A stretch of 63,175 bases of DNA, the filler included, from Saprolegnia diclina VS20 (lineage: Eukaryota): the NCBI RefSeq assembly GCF_000281045.1. It is 5 parts of 3 records of this genome, joined end to end, with 100 filler letters (N's around TTAATTAATTAA, not from the genome) between each part and the next. Parts side by side here need not be neighbours in the genome. Positions count along the whole stretch, not along the records: positions 23,556 to 37,994 come from NW_008246124.1; positions 38,095 to 44,620 come from NW_008246124.1; positions 44,721 to 61,128 come from NW_008246125.1; 2 more parts are not named here. One strand, written 5' to 3'. Both the position numbers and the translations under genes were made by a program. Positions 37,363 to 48,215 of the stretch are shown here, piece by piece; position 1 is the stretch's first letter; each line of letters opens with the position of its first letter. A model generated the notes under the pieces. The model searched no databases and had not been told where the DNA came from. It saw nothing but the letters and a program-made list of their open reading frames with translations.

Positions 37363-38888
37363 TCGCTTTGTCACCACTATTTTACAAAAACCACTAATAG
37401 TGTGTCATTGTAAATACTGTAGTAAATAGAGGGCTCTTCGTGTGGCACCGCATCGCACACTGCAACGTCTCTAGGCCGATGGAACATACTTGCCAAAGCA
37501 TATTGAGAGAGATCACGTCCTTTGCTTCCGCGGCGATGACCAAATTGCACTCGAAATAATGCATTAAAGATTGTGCAATGCGGTGCCCGACGATACGGCG
37601 TTGATGTGTGCGCCCAAGCAGCAATCACGTCCCAAGCATGGGTTCCAGTCTGAGTCAGCACGCAAAACCAACTGTGGCGGCCTCACTTGTCGCCGTTCGA
37701 GCTCTCGAACCAGGTGAAAACTTCAATAGTAAATAGGCGTTGATTTCGCCCCCCGAAAAAACAATGAAAAGTTTTCGCAAGCATTTCCTGCCGTTAACAG
37801 CGGCAACGCCTTGTACATAATGTCGTGTATCTTTATACAGGTAGGAGCTACCCTGATTTTGGCGCTTGTGTTTGTTTGTGTGCTCCAAGTGTCTCGTGGA
37901 GGTCAGCCGGGTCAATAACACTATTACATTATACTAAACAGATGGTTTTATATGCTGTTTATCTCCGTAGGTGCGGTGATTTTAGTCAATTGCCNNNNNN
38001 NNNNNNNNNNNNNNNNNNNNNNNNNNNNNNNNNNNNNNTTAATTAATTAANNNNNNNNNNNNNNNNNNNNNNNNNNNNNNNNNNNNNNNNNNNNGCAGTC
38101 CGAATACAATAATTTCAGCCAATCAAGCTCGTAAGTGGTATCTCGCGTTGGGCAAAAATGCATGGGCGGGCCGTCCCGTGCTCGACAAGTTCTACACGTT
38201 GGGCCAGACCATTGCGCCGCTGACCGTGGATTGTCTCGCATTCTTTACGACAATGACGTGAACGAGACGCTGTCTGGTACACGACTACGAAATCCGCAAC
38301 GTTCCGGCAGACGCAGTGAATTGCTACCAGTGCCTTGGATCGGCTTCTGCGCAGTGGCGCCCACTGCAGCGAACGGCGACATGTGCGTGGAAGCGTTCGT
38401 AGTAGGTCGCAACAACCGTCGGCTGGAGAGGAAGTACTGATCATGCCTTTGAAGAAGAAGAGTGATCGATCAACATTCGCTGGTCGAACGGCTGCAAACG
38501 TACTTGAAAACCAATTTGGCGCCACCCAAGCGATATTATAACAAAGGAGCGCTATCTTGCAGAAATAGGGTCAACAAGGCAGCGTGATTGCGCTACATGT
38601 AGTAAATGTTTATGGCATCTTGATCAATTCATTACATCATTGCGAAGCAATAGCAAGGAGATAGTTTATGCTCGGTATTCCGACACCGTTGCCGATCGTT
38701 TCTGTGGTAGCTCGCTGAGTTTCAAGACGAGGACGATGTAAGTGAGGTCGATAAGGGAAAGCAAATCGAAAAGTCAGTTGGTCCATGAGACTCAGAAATG
38801 GACCTCAGATTTGCAATGCGGATCTGCCTCACAAAGTTAAATATATTGATACTAGCTATATTTACATTTCGTATCCAAAGCCATGCAA

Positions 38889-38961
38889 GCTCGGCTGGCG
38901 CAATGGATAGCGTATCAGACTTCGAATCTGGGGGTTGCGGGTTCGAGTCCCGCGTCGAGTA
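38889..38961 (+). tRNA. tRNA-Arg (anticodon TCG)
   Basis: Cloverleaf: acceptor GCTCGGC/GTCGAGT, D arm GCGCAATGGATAGCGT, anticodon arm TCAGA-CTTCGAA-TCTGG, T arm GCGGG-TTCGAGT-CCCGC; T5 Pol III terminator follows. Confidence 0.96.
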
Positions 38962-39387
38962 ATTTTTGGCCCTTTAAATGTTCCGTTTTATTTTAATTTA
39001 TGGTTGTACATGTTTGCGAATTCTTATTGCATGTATTAATACTTCTGGTACTGGTATAGCCAATCTCGCGCGCGTTGAACATTGATGCGTGCCTCACCAC
39101 TACAAAGTGGTGCACGTGTCCTGCTCGGACGCGAATCAGGTATAGTAGCCCCAACCCTGCCTACAGCCTTGCAACAGCTCTTGCAACACGCTCGTATCTC
39201 AAGAAGAGACACTGCGTCACCAACATGATTGTCTGTCCACACCTGTGTTTTGGACAAATTATTCCGACGTGCAAGGTTTCCAGCGATACATCCTGTGCAT
39301 GGCCCGAGTGATGGTGCCAACTGCGAGTGCTGGTCATATGCCCATCATTCTGAACCCACCGCCCGAAACGCAACCTTCAAATTAGAA

Positions 39388-41020
39388 ATGGCCATGAGCT
39401 TGACAGGCCACGTCATTGCGATCACGGGAAAGCTCTCGCTGGGCACGCGCGCCGATGTCCAGTCGCTTGTCGAGGCCAACGGCGGCGTCTTTGCGAACGC
39501 CGTCACGAAGGAGGTCACGCACCTCGTCACGAACGACCCGACGGCCAAGTCGACCAAGCTCGAGACGGCGCGGAAGCGAGGCATTAGCGTCGTTGGCGAA
39601 GAATTTTTGCCGACGGCCAAGCGACACAAGGCGGCGACGGTTGTCTACCACGCTGCGTGCCTCGCAGGCCTGGTGTTCTACTTCCACGGGCCGCCCGGCG
39701 CCGTCCCACACGACGACTGCGTCCGGTTTCTCCTCGAGCACGGCGGTTCGCACGTCGCACAGCACGACGCCACCGTGACCCATATTGTCTACGCCGGCAA
39801 ACTCCCCATGTACATTACATGAAATTCTCCCAAAATACCGGACAACTCACGTTTTTTGTAGCTCGAATCTGACGACCGGCGACGCGGCGATCATCGCGTA
39901 TGACTTTTTCTCGACGCTCATGGCCGCGCAGTACGAAGCGCTCTTTGGCGACGACGCGCCGTCCGAGACGCCGACGCCGAAGCGAGTTATGGCCGAAGGC
40001 GAGGCGGTCGAGATCCAAGGCGGGCACGGCACCTACGAAGTGCGACTGCGCAACGGCGTCTACTACTGCACGTGCATGGCGTGGAAGATGCAGCACCAGG
40101 CCGGCGCGATTCGCACGTGCAAGCATCTGCGCGATGTGCTGGGTGATGCGTTCGAGGCGTGGCGCACCAAAGGCTGCCTGCCATCGAGCCCTTCAAAGGC
40201 CAAGGGCAACTCGTCGCCGACCAACAAGGGACCGGCGCCCAAGGTGCTTCTCGCGCACAAGTACGAAGACGGGAATGACATCGCCGGGTGGTATATGAGC
40301 GAGAAATTCGACGGCGTCCGCGGCTACTGGGACGGATCAACGTTTCTGAGTCGCCTTGGGAACCCATTTCCAGCCCCCGCGTACTTTACGCAGCACCTCC
40401 CAAAGGACCAGCACTTGGACGGTGAGCTCTTCCTCGGGCGCAAGCAGTTTGAAGCTACGATCAGCATCGTCAAGAACGGCCAACCGGAGAATGCAAAGAA
40501 CTGGGCGTCGCTCACCTTTATGGTGTTTGACATCCCGAGCATGAAGGACCAGCCGTTTGAAGCGCGCTACGAGTACCTCCGCACACACTTGGGAAAGACG
40601 CCGTACGTGACGGTCGTCGACCACGTCAAGTGCGCGTCCGTTGCCGCCATGACAGCCGAGCTCGCGCGCGTCGAGGCGCTCGGCGCGGAAGGGCTCATGC
40701 TGCGCCAGCCAGGCTCCAAGTACGTCGGCGCGCGCTCCAAGTCCCTCCTCAAAGTCAAAAGTTTCTCGGACGACGAGGCCAAAATCGTCGGGTACGAGCC
40801 CGGCCAAGGCAAGCACAAGGGCCGCACGGGCAGCTTGAAGTGCCTGAGTCGGTCCGGGAAGAGTTTCAAGGTCGGGTCCGGCCTCAACGACGCGCTGCGC
40901 GAGCACCCGCCTGCGATTGGTACGATCATCACGTATCGGTTCCAAGAGCTCACCGCCGCCGGCATTCCGCGCTTTCCCACGTACGTTGGCATCGCCATCG
41001 ACAAAGAGTGGACTGACTAG
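39388..41020 (+). CDS. ATP-dependent DNA ligase with two N-terminal BRCT domains and a SWIM zinc finger (2 exons)
   Basis: BRCT (IAITGKL..GG..VTHLV) twice; YCTCMAW..RTCKH; motif I SEKFDGVR, LDGELF, FMVFD, EGLMLR, LLKVK; OB fold VGSGL..PRFP; intron 39810-39861. Confidence 0.9.
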
Positions 41021-41084
41021 ACATTTACGCATATATAAATTTATTTCAACTACACTTTATCCTCCCCTGTGCGGCTGCACAAGT

Positions 41085-41560
41085 GCTGCTACGTACAACA
41101 GTGGCACGTGGGCTCTGACGCCAACCAGCCTCGCGGGCCTTGACAGCTTCCATCGCCGGCAGCTGCGTCGTCTGCTCGGGAATCTTCCCCCGAACATGTT
41201 TGCCGACGTCGCGCTTTACGCCCGCTGCAATAGCGAACCGCTAAGTGCGATCGTCGCCCGCAAGCGCTGGCGCCTTCTGGGTCATTGCTGCGGCTGGGTC
41301 GCGACGTCCCGGCGAACGTGGCTGCTGCCCGCTTCTTCGCTCCGTCCGAGACGCCCCGCCACTTAGGGCGCACCAAGATTACGCTGCAGATCGTCCTGCA
41401 CCGCGACCTCCAGTCGCTGACGCCGCCTCAGTCGCTGGCGTCTCTCGAAGACCTTGACAAACTTCTCAACTTTGCCGCCGACCGCGACGCCTGGAAGGAC
41501 TTTACCTTGTCCAGTGTCTCACTCGCGGCCACCAGCGTCCTAATAGGAACTAACTAAAGA
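41085..41560 (+). mobile_element. 5'-truncated RTE-like non-LTR retrotransposon fragment (frameshifted)
   Basis: YNSGTWAL..LDSFHRRQLRRLLG..LYARC..RWRLLGH/LRL..PA is typical of the post-RT C-terminus; ends in a short AACT/TAAC repeat. Confidence 0.7.
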
Positions 41561-41825
41561 CAACGACTTTACGAAGGCTTTTATATTGAAGGAAGCGACC
41601 GAAAGTGCACTGGCAGAGATGTGGCTGGCGCCCGAGTCGGTTTGCCGTCTTGTCCGCGACTTCTGCCACCTAGCCGTGCCACGTGATGGGCTGCCGAAAT
41701 CGGTGGGCCTCCGTACGTACGTTTCGTACATATCGTACGTACCGTACAATCCCGTACAGCCGGCCTCTGCCACAGAAAGGCTGTGAGAAGAGCGCCATTG
41801 ACAGATTCGCCACCAACTCGACAAG

Positions 41826-42269
41826 ATGTCGTACTTCGCTTCGCTCTTCGGCAACGAGATCCAGACCAAGGGCGGCGTGCTCCCGACGACGGAGGCGCTC
41901 GCCAACACCAAGGTCGTGGGCATCTACTTCTCGGCCCACTGGTGCCCGCCCTGCCGCGCCTTCACGCCGCTTCTCTCGACCTTCTACGAGGACCTCGTCG
42001 AGGACCACGAGGACGTCGAGATCGTCTTTGTCTCGTCCGACAAGGAAGAGGCCGGCTTTGACGAGTACTGGAGCCAGATGACGTTCCCGGCGCTCCCGTA
42101 CGCGCAGCGCGACATCAAGGGCGAGCTCACGGAGAAGTTCAACGTCAAGTTCATCCCGACGCTCGTCTTCGTCGACGCCGAAGGCAACGTGCTCTCGACC
42201 GAAGGCAAGAAGATGGTCGAGTCGGCGCGCGGCAGCGTCGACTTCATCCGCAAGGAGCTCGGCCTCTAG
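41826..42269 (+). CDS. Nucleoredoxin/tryparedoxin-like thioredoxin
   Basis: YFSAHWCPPCRAFTP, EIVFVSSD, IPTLV. Confidence 0.93.
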   Translation: MSYFASLFGNEIQTKGGVLPTTEALANTKVVGIYFSAHWCPPCRAFTPLLSTFYEDLVEDHEDVEIVFVSSDKEEAGFDEYWSQMTFPALPYAQRDIKGELTEKFNVKFIPTLVFVDAEGNVLSTEGKKMVESARGSVDFIRKELGL

Positions 42270-42660
42270 ATGACAGTCTCTAATATGAACCACTTGCATT
42301 TACATAGCTCATTTCCCTTCGGGTGGCGTAGGCATCTGCGTCCTGAGCTTCACTGCACCTTGGCTTGACCCTTCCTTGATGATAATGAAGACGTCCACTT
42401 CAACGCATCGACCTCGCGCCCTTGTTCTCACGGGAATCGCACGCCATGCACATATACGTCTACCTAAGCAAGCACGTCCGTGGGTTGACCTAGCCAAGCA
42501 CATTGCCTAGTAGATGCACTGATGGCGCCACTGGCAATAGCGAGGAAGCACCATGCAACCGACCGGTTTCGCAGCGACTCGGAACGCAACCGCACGGTTG
42601 GACCTCTCATAATACATATTTCGAGTATGCACTGTGAGAGGGATTCCGCAACAACCCATC

Positions 42661-43188
42661 ATGGGCTTCGTGACCAAGACCAACCACAAGCGCGTGCTGT
42701 ACGTGGGCGGCCTCGAGAAGGGCGTGACCGAGGAGGTCCTCTCGGCGGCCTTCGTACCCTTCGGCCCGGTCAAGGACGTCCAGGTGCCCATGGACTACAC
42801 GGGCAAGACGCGTACGTCGTTTAGCATGCGGCAAGGGCGAACCTCATGGACGATGCTGTGTGTAGCCAAGAACAAGGGCCATGGCTTCGTCGAGTTCGTC
42901 TCGGAGGACGATGCAAAGGAAGCGATGGACAACATGGACGGTGCGCCATTGGCCGCGCGATGCAATGGCTCATGCGGCGATTAGACTCGGAGCTCTACGG
43001 CAAGGTCATCAAGGTCACGATCGCCAAGCCGCAGTCGGCGCTGCGACCGGACGCCAAGCGCGCAGGTACGGCGCTACATGAGGCCACGATGCTGAGGTGC
43101 TCATGCTGCAACTGCGGTAGTCTGGGACGAGCATGTGGACGAAGACCACATTCTCGAGACGACGGGCGACGCGGCCGCCAAGCCCTAG
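42661..43188 (+). CDS. Single-RRM protein resembling the PPIE/cyclophilin-33 RRM (4 exons)
   Basis: RNP2 LYVGGL, RNP1 KGHGFVEF, AMDNMDDSELYGKVIKV; no cyclophilin domain seen. Confidence 0.8.
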
Positions 43189-43252
43189 GCAGCAAGGAAC
43201 CAAGCAATCCTGTACTATGTATTGATGCGACTCTATCGTTCTACACGCGCGG

Positions 43253-44416
43253 CTACGGCAGAAGCTCGACGTTGGAGCCTGCGAGGAGGTGCTTGGACGG
43301 CAGCGGGCCGCCGACCGGCGCCACGAGCGTCACCGTCTTGGCCTGCTTGTCAATGGCATGGCTAGGACAGCAACGGTATGAGCAAAGACGCAACAAGGGT
43401 TCTCACGCACATGGCGACGAAGCCGATGGCAGGCGCTCGGAGAAGGTACTGCGTCGCATCGTCTCGCGCGAGCGTCGGTGGCGGCGGCCGCACGAGGGCA
43501 ACGACCTGGTGCAGCCACCGGTCCGCGAGGATCGACTCTTTGGCGAGCAGCAGCTTGGCTCGGCCACGCCCGCGCGGGTCCTTGTCTAGTACCCTTAGAA
43601 CATACCGAATTGTATGGGCGTACCGCGCACACGGTGGAATACGATCGAGGCGGCGTCGACCTCGACGTAGGTCCACTCGCCTTGTGGCGCAAAGTAGCGC
43701 TGAAGGCGCTGGTCGCGGGCGGCGCGACGAGTCGGCCCCGAGCGCCGAACGGCGCCGGCCGCGCGCGGAAGGTTGAAGAGCGTCGTGGACGGCGGCGCGT
43801 CCTGGAGGAGCTGGTCGTAGACACTGTGGCTCCCGAGCACAACGAGGATGTCGACGGCAAACGCGCGCACGGCGTGCAAGAGCAGCTGGTACCCGAGGTC
43901 GTCGACCCACCCACACGTGTTGATGACTGCGCCGTTCACTACAAGCATCAGAAGGGTGTTAGGGTGTGCGCTCTAACACAGCTGTCGATACGTACGCTCG
44001 GGGTCGGCGGTGTGGCGCTGCGCAAGGCTCGTGGCGAGCGCCGACGTGTAGTGCTTGAAGGCGCCAGGCACGGCCGAGAGGTTGGCGTCGCCAACAAAGT
44101 ACTGCATCTTGCGCCCGTGGAACGCCAGCGGGTAGTTGTGGCTGTGGCCAAAGTCGAGCAGATCGTCTTCGTCCGGCAGCGACGCGCGCGTGAGCACGGT
44201 GGCGCCGATCGTGCCAGGGATGCTGATCTCGCCTTGGCCAATGTCGAGGTCGACAAAGGCGACACCGTCCTCTGGCCGGTCCTGCAGCGCGTGCCAGAGC
44301 AGCGCTCGAGAGAGCGACGACTTGCCCGCGTCCGTCGGGCCCGCGATGAGCACGGTCGGGCCTCGGGTCTCGGCCCGGCGCTGGCTCCACGCGTCCTGCA
44401 CTGCATCCACGTCCAT
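43253..44416 (-). CDS. Clp1-family polynucleotide 5'-kinase-like protein (multi-exon)
   Basis: Walker A GPTDAGKS, DLDIGQG, VINTCGWV, C-terminal LVAPVGGPLP. Confidence 0.8.
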
Positions 44417-44484
44417 GGTCAAAAACTTGTTGTGCAATTCGATTGGTTATAATGCGGCCAATCGCATGTCAGTGCATGACACGC

Positions 44485-44620
44485 ATGGCACATTTGGTCG
44501 ACCAGGAGATCGTGGCGCCGAGGGCCGAGATCCACCGGTCCGGCGTCATTGCGATGGATCGCGTCATGTCGGTGACGGACAAGACGGTCGAGATTGCGTT
44601 CCAAGGCGCCAACGACGACG
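44485..44620 (+). CDS. Possible 5' end of an unknown gene, truncated by a gap
   Basis: Open frame MAHLVDQEIVAPRAEIHRSG.. with coding-like GC3, running into Ns. Confidence 0.3.
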
Positions 44621-44720
44621 NNNNNNNNNNNNNNNNNNNNNNNNNNNNNNNNNNNNNNNNNNNNTTAATTAATTAANNNNNNNNNNNNNNNNNNNNNNNN
44701 NNNNNNNNNNNNNNNNNNNN

Positions 44721-47432
44721 GGGTGCGTCATGACCATGTTCCTTGGGCCGCACCGTCGTGCCTCGAAGATTGCGCAGCGCGCGCAATTGTGCATCTTCCT
44801 CGGCTACGATCAAGAACATCGCGGCTACCGGCTCCTCAACCTTCGGACCGGCAAGCTCGAGAAGGTGCGCTACGACAACGTGTGCGTCTACGAGGACCAG
44901 ACGGTCGAAGGCGCATACGTCAAGAAGGTCCTACAACGCGCCGCCAACCCCGGTGTTGGTGGCATCTCGTCCTTGGTCCCGTTTTGCACGCTGCCGGTCA
45001 TGGAGATGCCGGAGACGTACGTGCCGTTGGTCGACTCGACTCGACCGGCCGCTGCGCCGAACAACTCGCGCGGCGACGACACGACGGTCGACGCGAGTCC
45101 GTCGCTGGACGACGCCCGCGCTGCTACGGTGGCGTCTGGTGACCGACGTCGTATCGTGTACACGGAAGACGGGGAGGACGAACCTGCGTCCGATGCTGTG
45201 GGAGGCGACGACGCTCCCGCGGTCGACGCTGCAGGCGCCGAGGACGCATCCGCTCAAGAAGCTGTGGGAGGACGCAAGCGCCGTCGTCGCGGCAGCAAGC
45301 GTCCCAAGCTCACGTTCCCCGTGGCGCCGGCCAAGCGCCCGCGCAAGAACACGCGCCCGCAGCGCTCGGAAGAGGCGCGTCGTGCTCCAGCCCGGTTCGT
45401 GCTTCTTACGGACGACGGCGAGAAGGAGTTTGACGTGCCGCAGTCGCACAAGCAAGCTCTCGCGTCGCCCGAGGCCGACAAGTGGCGTAAGGCGATGCTC
45501 GAAGAGTACAAGTCGCACATGACCAACCGTACGTGGCGCCTCGTGTCGCGTCCAGTGGGACGCAAGGTGCTCAACTGTCGCTGGCAATTCAAGCTCAAGG
45601 TCGATCGCGACGGCAACCTGCGCTACAAGGGCCGTCTCGTGATCAAGGGCTTCGAGCAGATCTTTGGCCTCGACTACGACGAGACGTACGCGCCGGTCAT
45701 CCGCTTCGAGACCTTGCGCGCCATCCTGCTCTACGCGGCTTTGCGTGGCTGGAAGCTGCGCCAGTACGACTTTGTCACGGCGTTTCTCAACGCTGCGCTC
45801 AAGAAGGGTCAACTCGTCTACATGGAGCAGCCGGAAGGCTTCGCCAAGGACGTCCAACGCTTGGTGTGCCTGCTCATCAAGACGATCTACGGCCTGCGTC
45901 AAGCGCCTCACGAGTGGAACTCGATGTTGCACGAGTTCCTCGTGAGCCTCGGCTTCAAGCGCAACGAGAAGGATCGCGGCCTCTACACGAAAACTGTGGG
46001 AGGAAATGGCTACCGCGATGTCGTTTTCGTAACGGTGTACGTCGACGACCTGCTCATCCTCGGCGACGACAAGTACACGGAGCCGGTGATCAAGGCGCTC
46101 CTCGCCAAGTTCAAGATGACGCAGCTCGGCGACGTCCGCTACCTCCTCGGTGTCGAGATCGACTACATTCCCGGCAAGCGTCTGGCGTTCTCGCAGCGTC
46201 GGTTTACGCAAGAGATCATCGCCAAGTTTGGCAACATCAACATGAACCCGTCGATGGTGCCGCAGACGCCTGGTGCCGAGAAGTCCTGCGACATGCGGTC
46301 TTTGCCGCAGACGAAGCTCGACAAGGCGGCGTACCCGTACCGCAACCTCGTTGGTGCCTTGCAGTACCTCGTCACGGGCTCTCGCCTCGAGCTCGGCAAC
46401 GCGGTGCGCACGCTGTCCAAGTACCTCAACTGCTACACGTCCGAGCACTGGGCCATGGCCCTACGCGTGGTCCGGTACCTCGTCGGTACGCTCGACTTCG
46501 GGCTCGTGCACAACATTGAGGAAGCGATGACGTACGACGGCCTCTCGATCGAGTCGTGGGCCGACTCCGACTGGGCCAACGACACCAAGGACTACAAGTC
46601 GATCACGGGCTACGTCACGAAGCTCAACGGCCAGACGATCTCGGCCAAGAGCTCCAAGCAGGACATCGTCGGGACAAGTTCGTGCCATTCCGAGACGATC
46701 GCGGCCAGTACGGCTGCGCGCGACGTCATGTGGCTCGAGCAGCTCCTCGAGGAGTGCTCGCTACAGCACACGAACTCGACGATGCTCATGGACAACCACG
46801 GCGCCATTTCGCTGTGTCAACGTCCAGGCTCGCACAAGCGCTCCAAGCACATCATGGTGCGCCACTTGGTGTGTCGCGAGTACGTGGAGAAGAACGGCCT
46901 GTCGATTCGCGCGGTTCCAAGTGCGCAGAACCAAGCCGACCTCTTCACGAAGGCCGTGACCATTCCCAAGTTCCTCGAGTTCCGCAGCGCCATCGGCATT
47001 GTCAACGTCAAGGAGGCGTTGGCCGACGCGCAAGCGAAGAAGGGCTCCTCGAGTGCGATGACCAAGCGCGTTGTGCCAGATCACGAAGTCCACTTCGAGC
47101 CCGAGCCGAGCTACGAGCTCGATGCCCTCTACGGTGAAGAAGATGCCGAAGACGATGTCGACTGCCTTGAAGGTGATGACGACGTAGTCGACGATGAAGA
47201 TGATGATGATGAAGACGCGCAGGCGACCAAGGGTCGCAAGAAGGCGCGCGCCGCAGCCAAGGGGCTGGCGGCCACAACAACGATCCCAGATCGTCGGGTT
47301 GTGCATGGGCCGACTTCGCTACGGCGGAAGGACGGTGCCAAGGTTGACACGTTACGACGTGGGCAACGACGTGCGGCTATAGCGAGACGTCGCTACGGGG
47401 CCAAGAAGCACGCGAACAAGACGGGCAACTAG
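44721..47432 (+). CDS. pol: Copia Pol polyprotein (post-integrase SH3, RT, RNase H), partial
   Basis: CIFLGY..GYRL; YKGRLVIKGF, DFVTAFLNA, YGLRQAP, YVDD; WADSDWA, NQADLFTK; about 900 codons uninterrupted. Confidence 0.95.
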   Translation, partial: GCVMTMFLGPHRRASKIAQRAQLCIFLGYDQEHRGYRLLNLRTGKLEKVRYDNVCVYEDQTVEGAYVKKVLQRAANPGVGGISSLVPFCTLPVMEMPETYVPLVDSTRPAAAPNNSRGDDTTVDASPSLDDARAATVASGDRRRIVYTEDGEDEPASDAVGGDDAPAVDAAGAEDASAQEAVGGRKRRRRGSKRPKLTFPVAPAKRPRKNTRPQRSEEARRAPARFVLLTDDGEKEFDVPQSHKQALASPEADKWRKAMLEEYKSHMTNRTWRLVSRPVGRKVLNCRWQFKLKVDRDGNLRYKGRLVIKGFEQIFGLDYDETYAPVIRFETLRAILLYAALRGWKLRQYDFVTAFLNAALKKGQLVYMEQPEGFAKDVQRLVCLLIKTIYGLRQAPHEWNSMLHEFLVSLGFKRNEKDRGLYTKTVGGNGYRDVVFVTVYVDDLLILGDDKYTEPVIKALLAKFKMTQLGDVRYLLGVEIDYIPGKRLAFSQRRFTQEIIAKFGNINMNPSMVPQTPGAEKSCDMRSLPQTKLDKAAYPYRNLVGALQYLVTGSRLELGNAVRTLSKYLNCYTSEHWAMALRVVRYLVGTLDFGLVHNIEEAMTYDGLSIESWADSDWANDTKDYKSITGYVTKLNGQTISAKSSKQDIVGTSSCHSETIAASTAARDVMWLEQLLEECSLQHTNSTMLMDNHGAISLCQRPGSHKRSKHIMVRHLVCREYVEKNGLSIRAVPSAQNQADLFTKAVTIPKFLEFRSAIGIVNVKEALADAQAKKGSSSAMTKRVVPDHEVHFEPEPSYELDALYGEEDAEDDVDCLEGDDDVVDDEDDDDEDAQATKGRKKARAAAKGLAATTTIPDRRVVHGPTSLRRKDGAKVDTLRRGQRRAAIARRRYGAKKHANKTGN

Positions 47433-47620
47433 GTCGAAGAAGAGCCCGCCGTTGAAGACGGGGAGGTATGAGACTGCACCGGTACACCGGGGCAGGTCGA
47501 ATCTTCAACGACTGGTTGTATCTTGATAAATGTAATGTATACAAGGGAAGGTGGTTTTCAAGTGACGACTGGGAAAGCCCTCGGGCCTCACTTCAGATTC
47601 GTACACTCGGGCTTTCCACC
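44721..47620 (+). mobile_element. Ty1/copia LTR retrotransposon, 3' part (5' part lost in the gap)
   Basis: pol ORF, purine-rich tract GAAGACGGGGAGG at 47454-47466, probable 3' LTR from TG at 47469; LTR end not determinable. Confidence 0.9.
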
Positions 47621-47719
47621 TGCCCGCACGCTATTTGCGCTGCAACGTCTGTGTGCTGTCTTTGCCTCGCCTGGTCAACCCTCTGCAAGCATCTACGACC
47701 TCTCTTAGTACCATCTACG

Positions 47720-48215
47720 ACGTGCTCTGTGCTCTGCAGTCAGTGGTTCTTCCTTGGCGTCCTGCTCACGACGCAGCTGCCGTTGGGCATCAACTTTGTC
47801 GTTGGCCCGCTGCTCACCAACGTCCTCGATGCCCACTTTGACGTTGGGAGAGAGCGTATGCGCTCGATGCGCCCGAGACGCGGAACCACGTCGCGTACAC
47901 GTGAGAGATTTCGTACGCTGCGACGGGTCTCGGCTGCCTCTGCGTCTTTCACTTGCCGAGCCAGAAGGCCGAGGTCGCCGACCTCAAGGCACGTGGTGGC
48001 AGCTACCCGCGAGTGGCCAGTGTCATTTACTTTGCCCTTTTTGTTATTTTGGCCACGTCCGTGACGGGCACGATGGCGTCGATGTTTGATAGCACGCGCT
48101 GCCTTCGCCTCGCCGGCGGCAGCGGCTGCGACGAAGCGCCCTCCCAGTTGTACCTTCTCGGTATCATCGTACCATCCAGCGGCAATCCAGCGGTGCGCTT
48201 CTCACGTTGCTAGCG
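47720..48215 (+). pseudogene. Broken membrane-protein-like fragment downstream of the copia element
   Basis: Hydrophobic pieces (QWFFLGVLLTTQLPLGINFVVGP; VASVIYFALFVILATSVTG) in different frames, no clear start. Confidence 0.25.

Noticed and set aside
38095..38560. Weak MIB/HERC2-like peptide (INIRWSNG) in an interrupted frame
   Set aside because: Multiple stops; resemblance too weak to support
42802..42865. Possible GC-AG intron in the RRM gene
   Set aside because: A canonical GTACGT donor at 42812 also keeps the frame; cannot be decided without cDNA
44931..46448. 505-aa minus-strand ORF inside the copia element, and other long antisense ORFs (e.g. 59827-61176, 8868-9755, 43478-44452)
   Set aside because: Antisense shadows of high-GC3 coding sequence with no recognisable motifs
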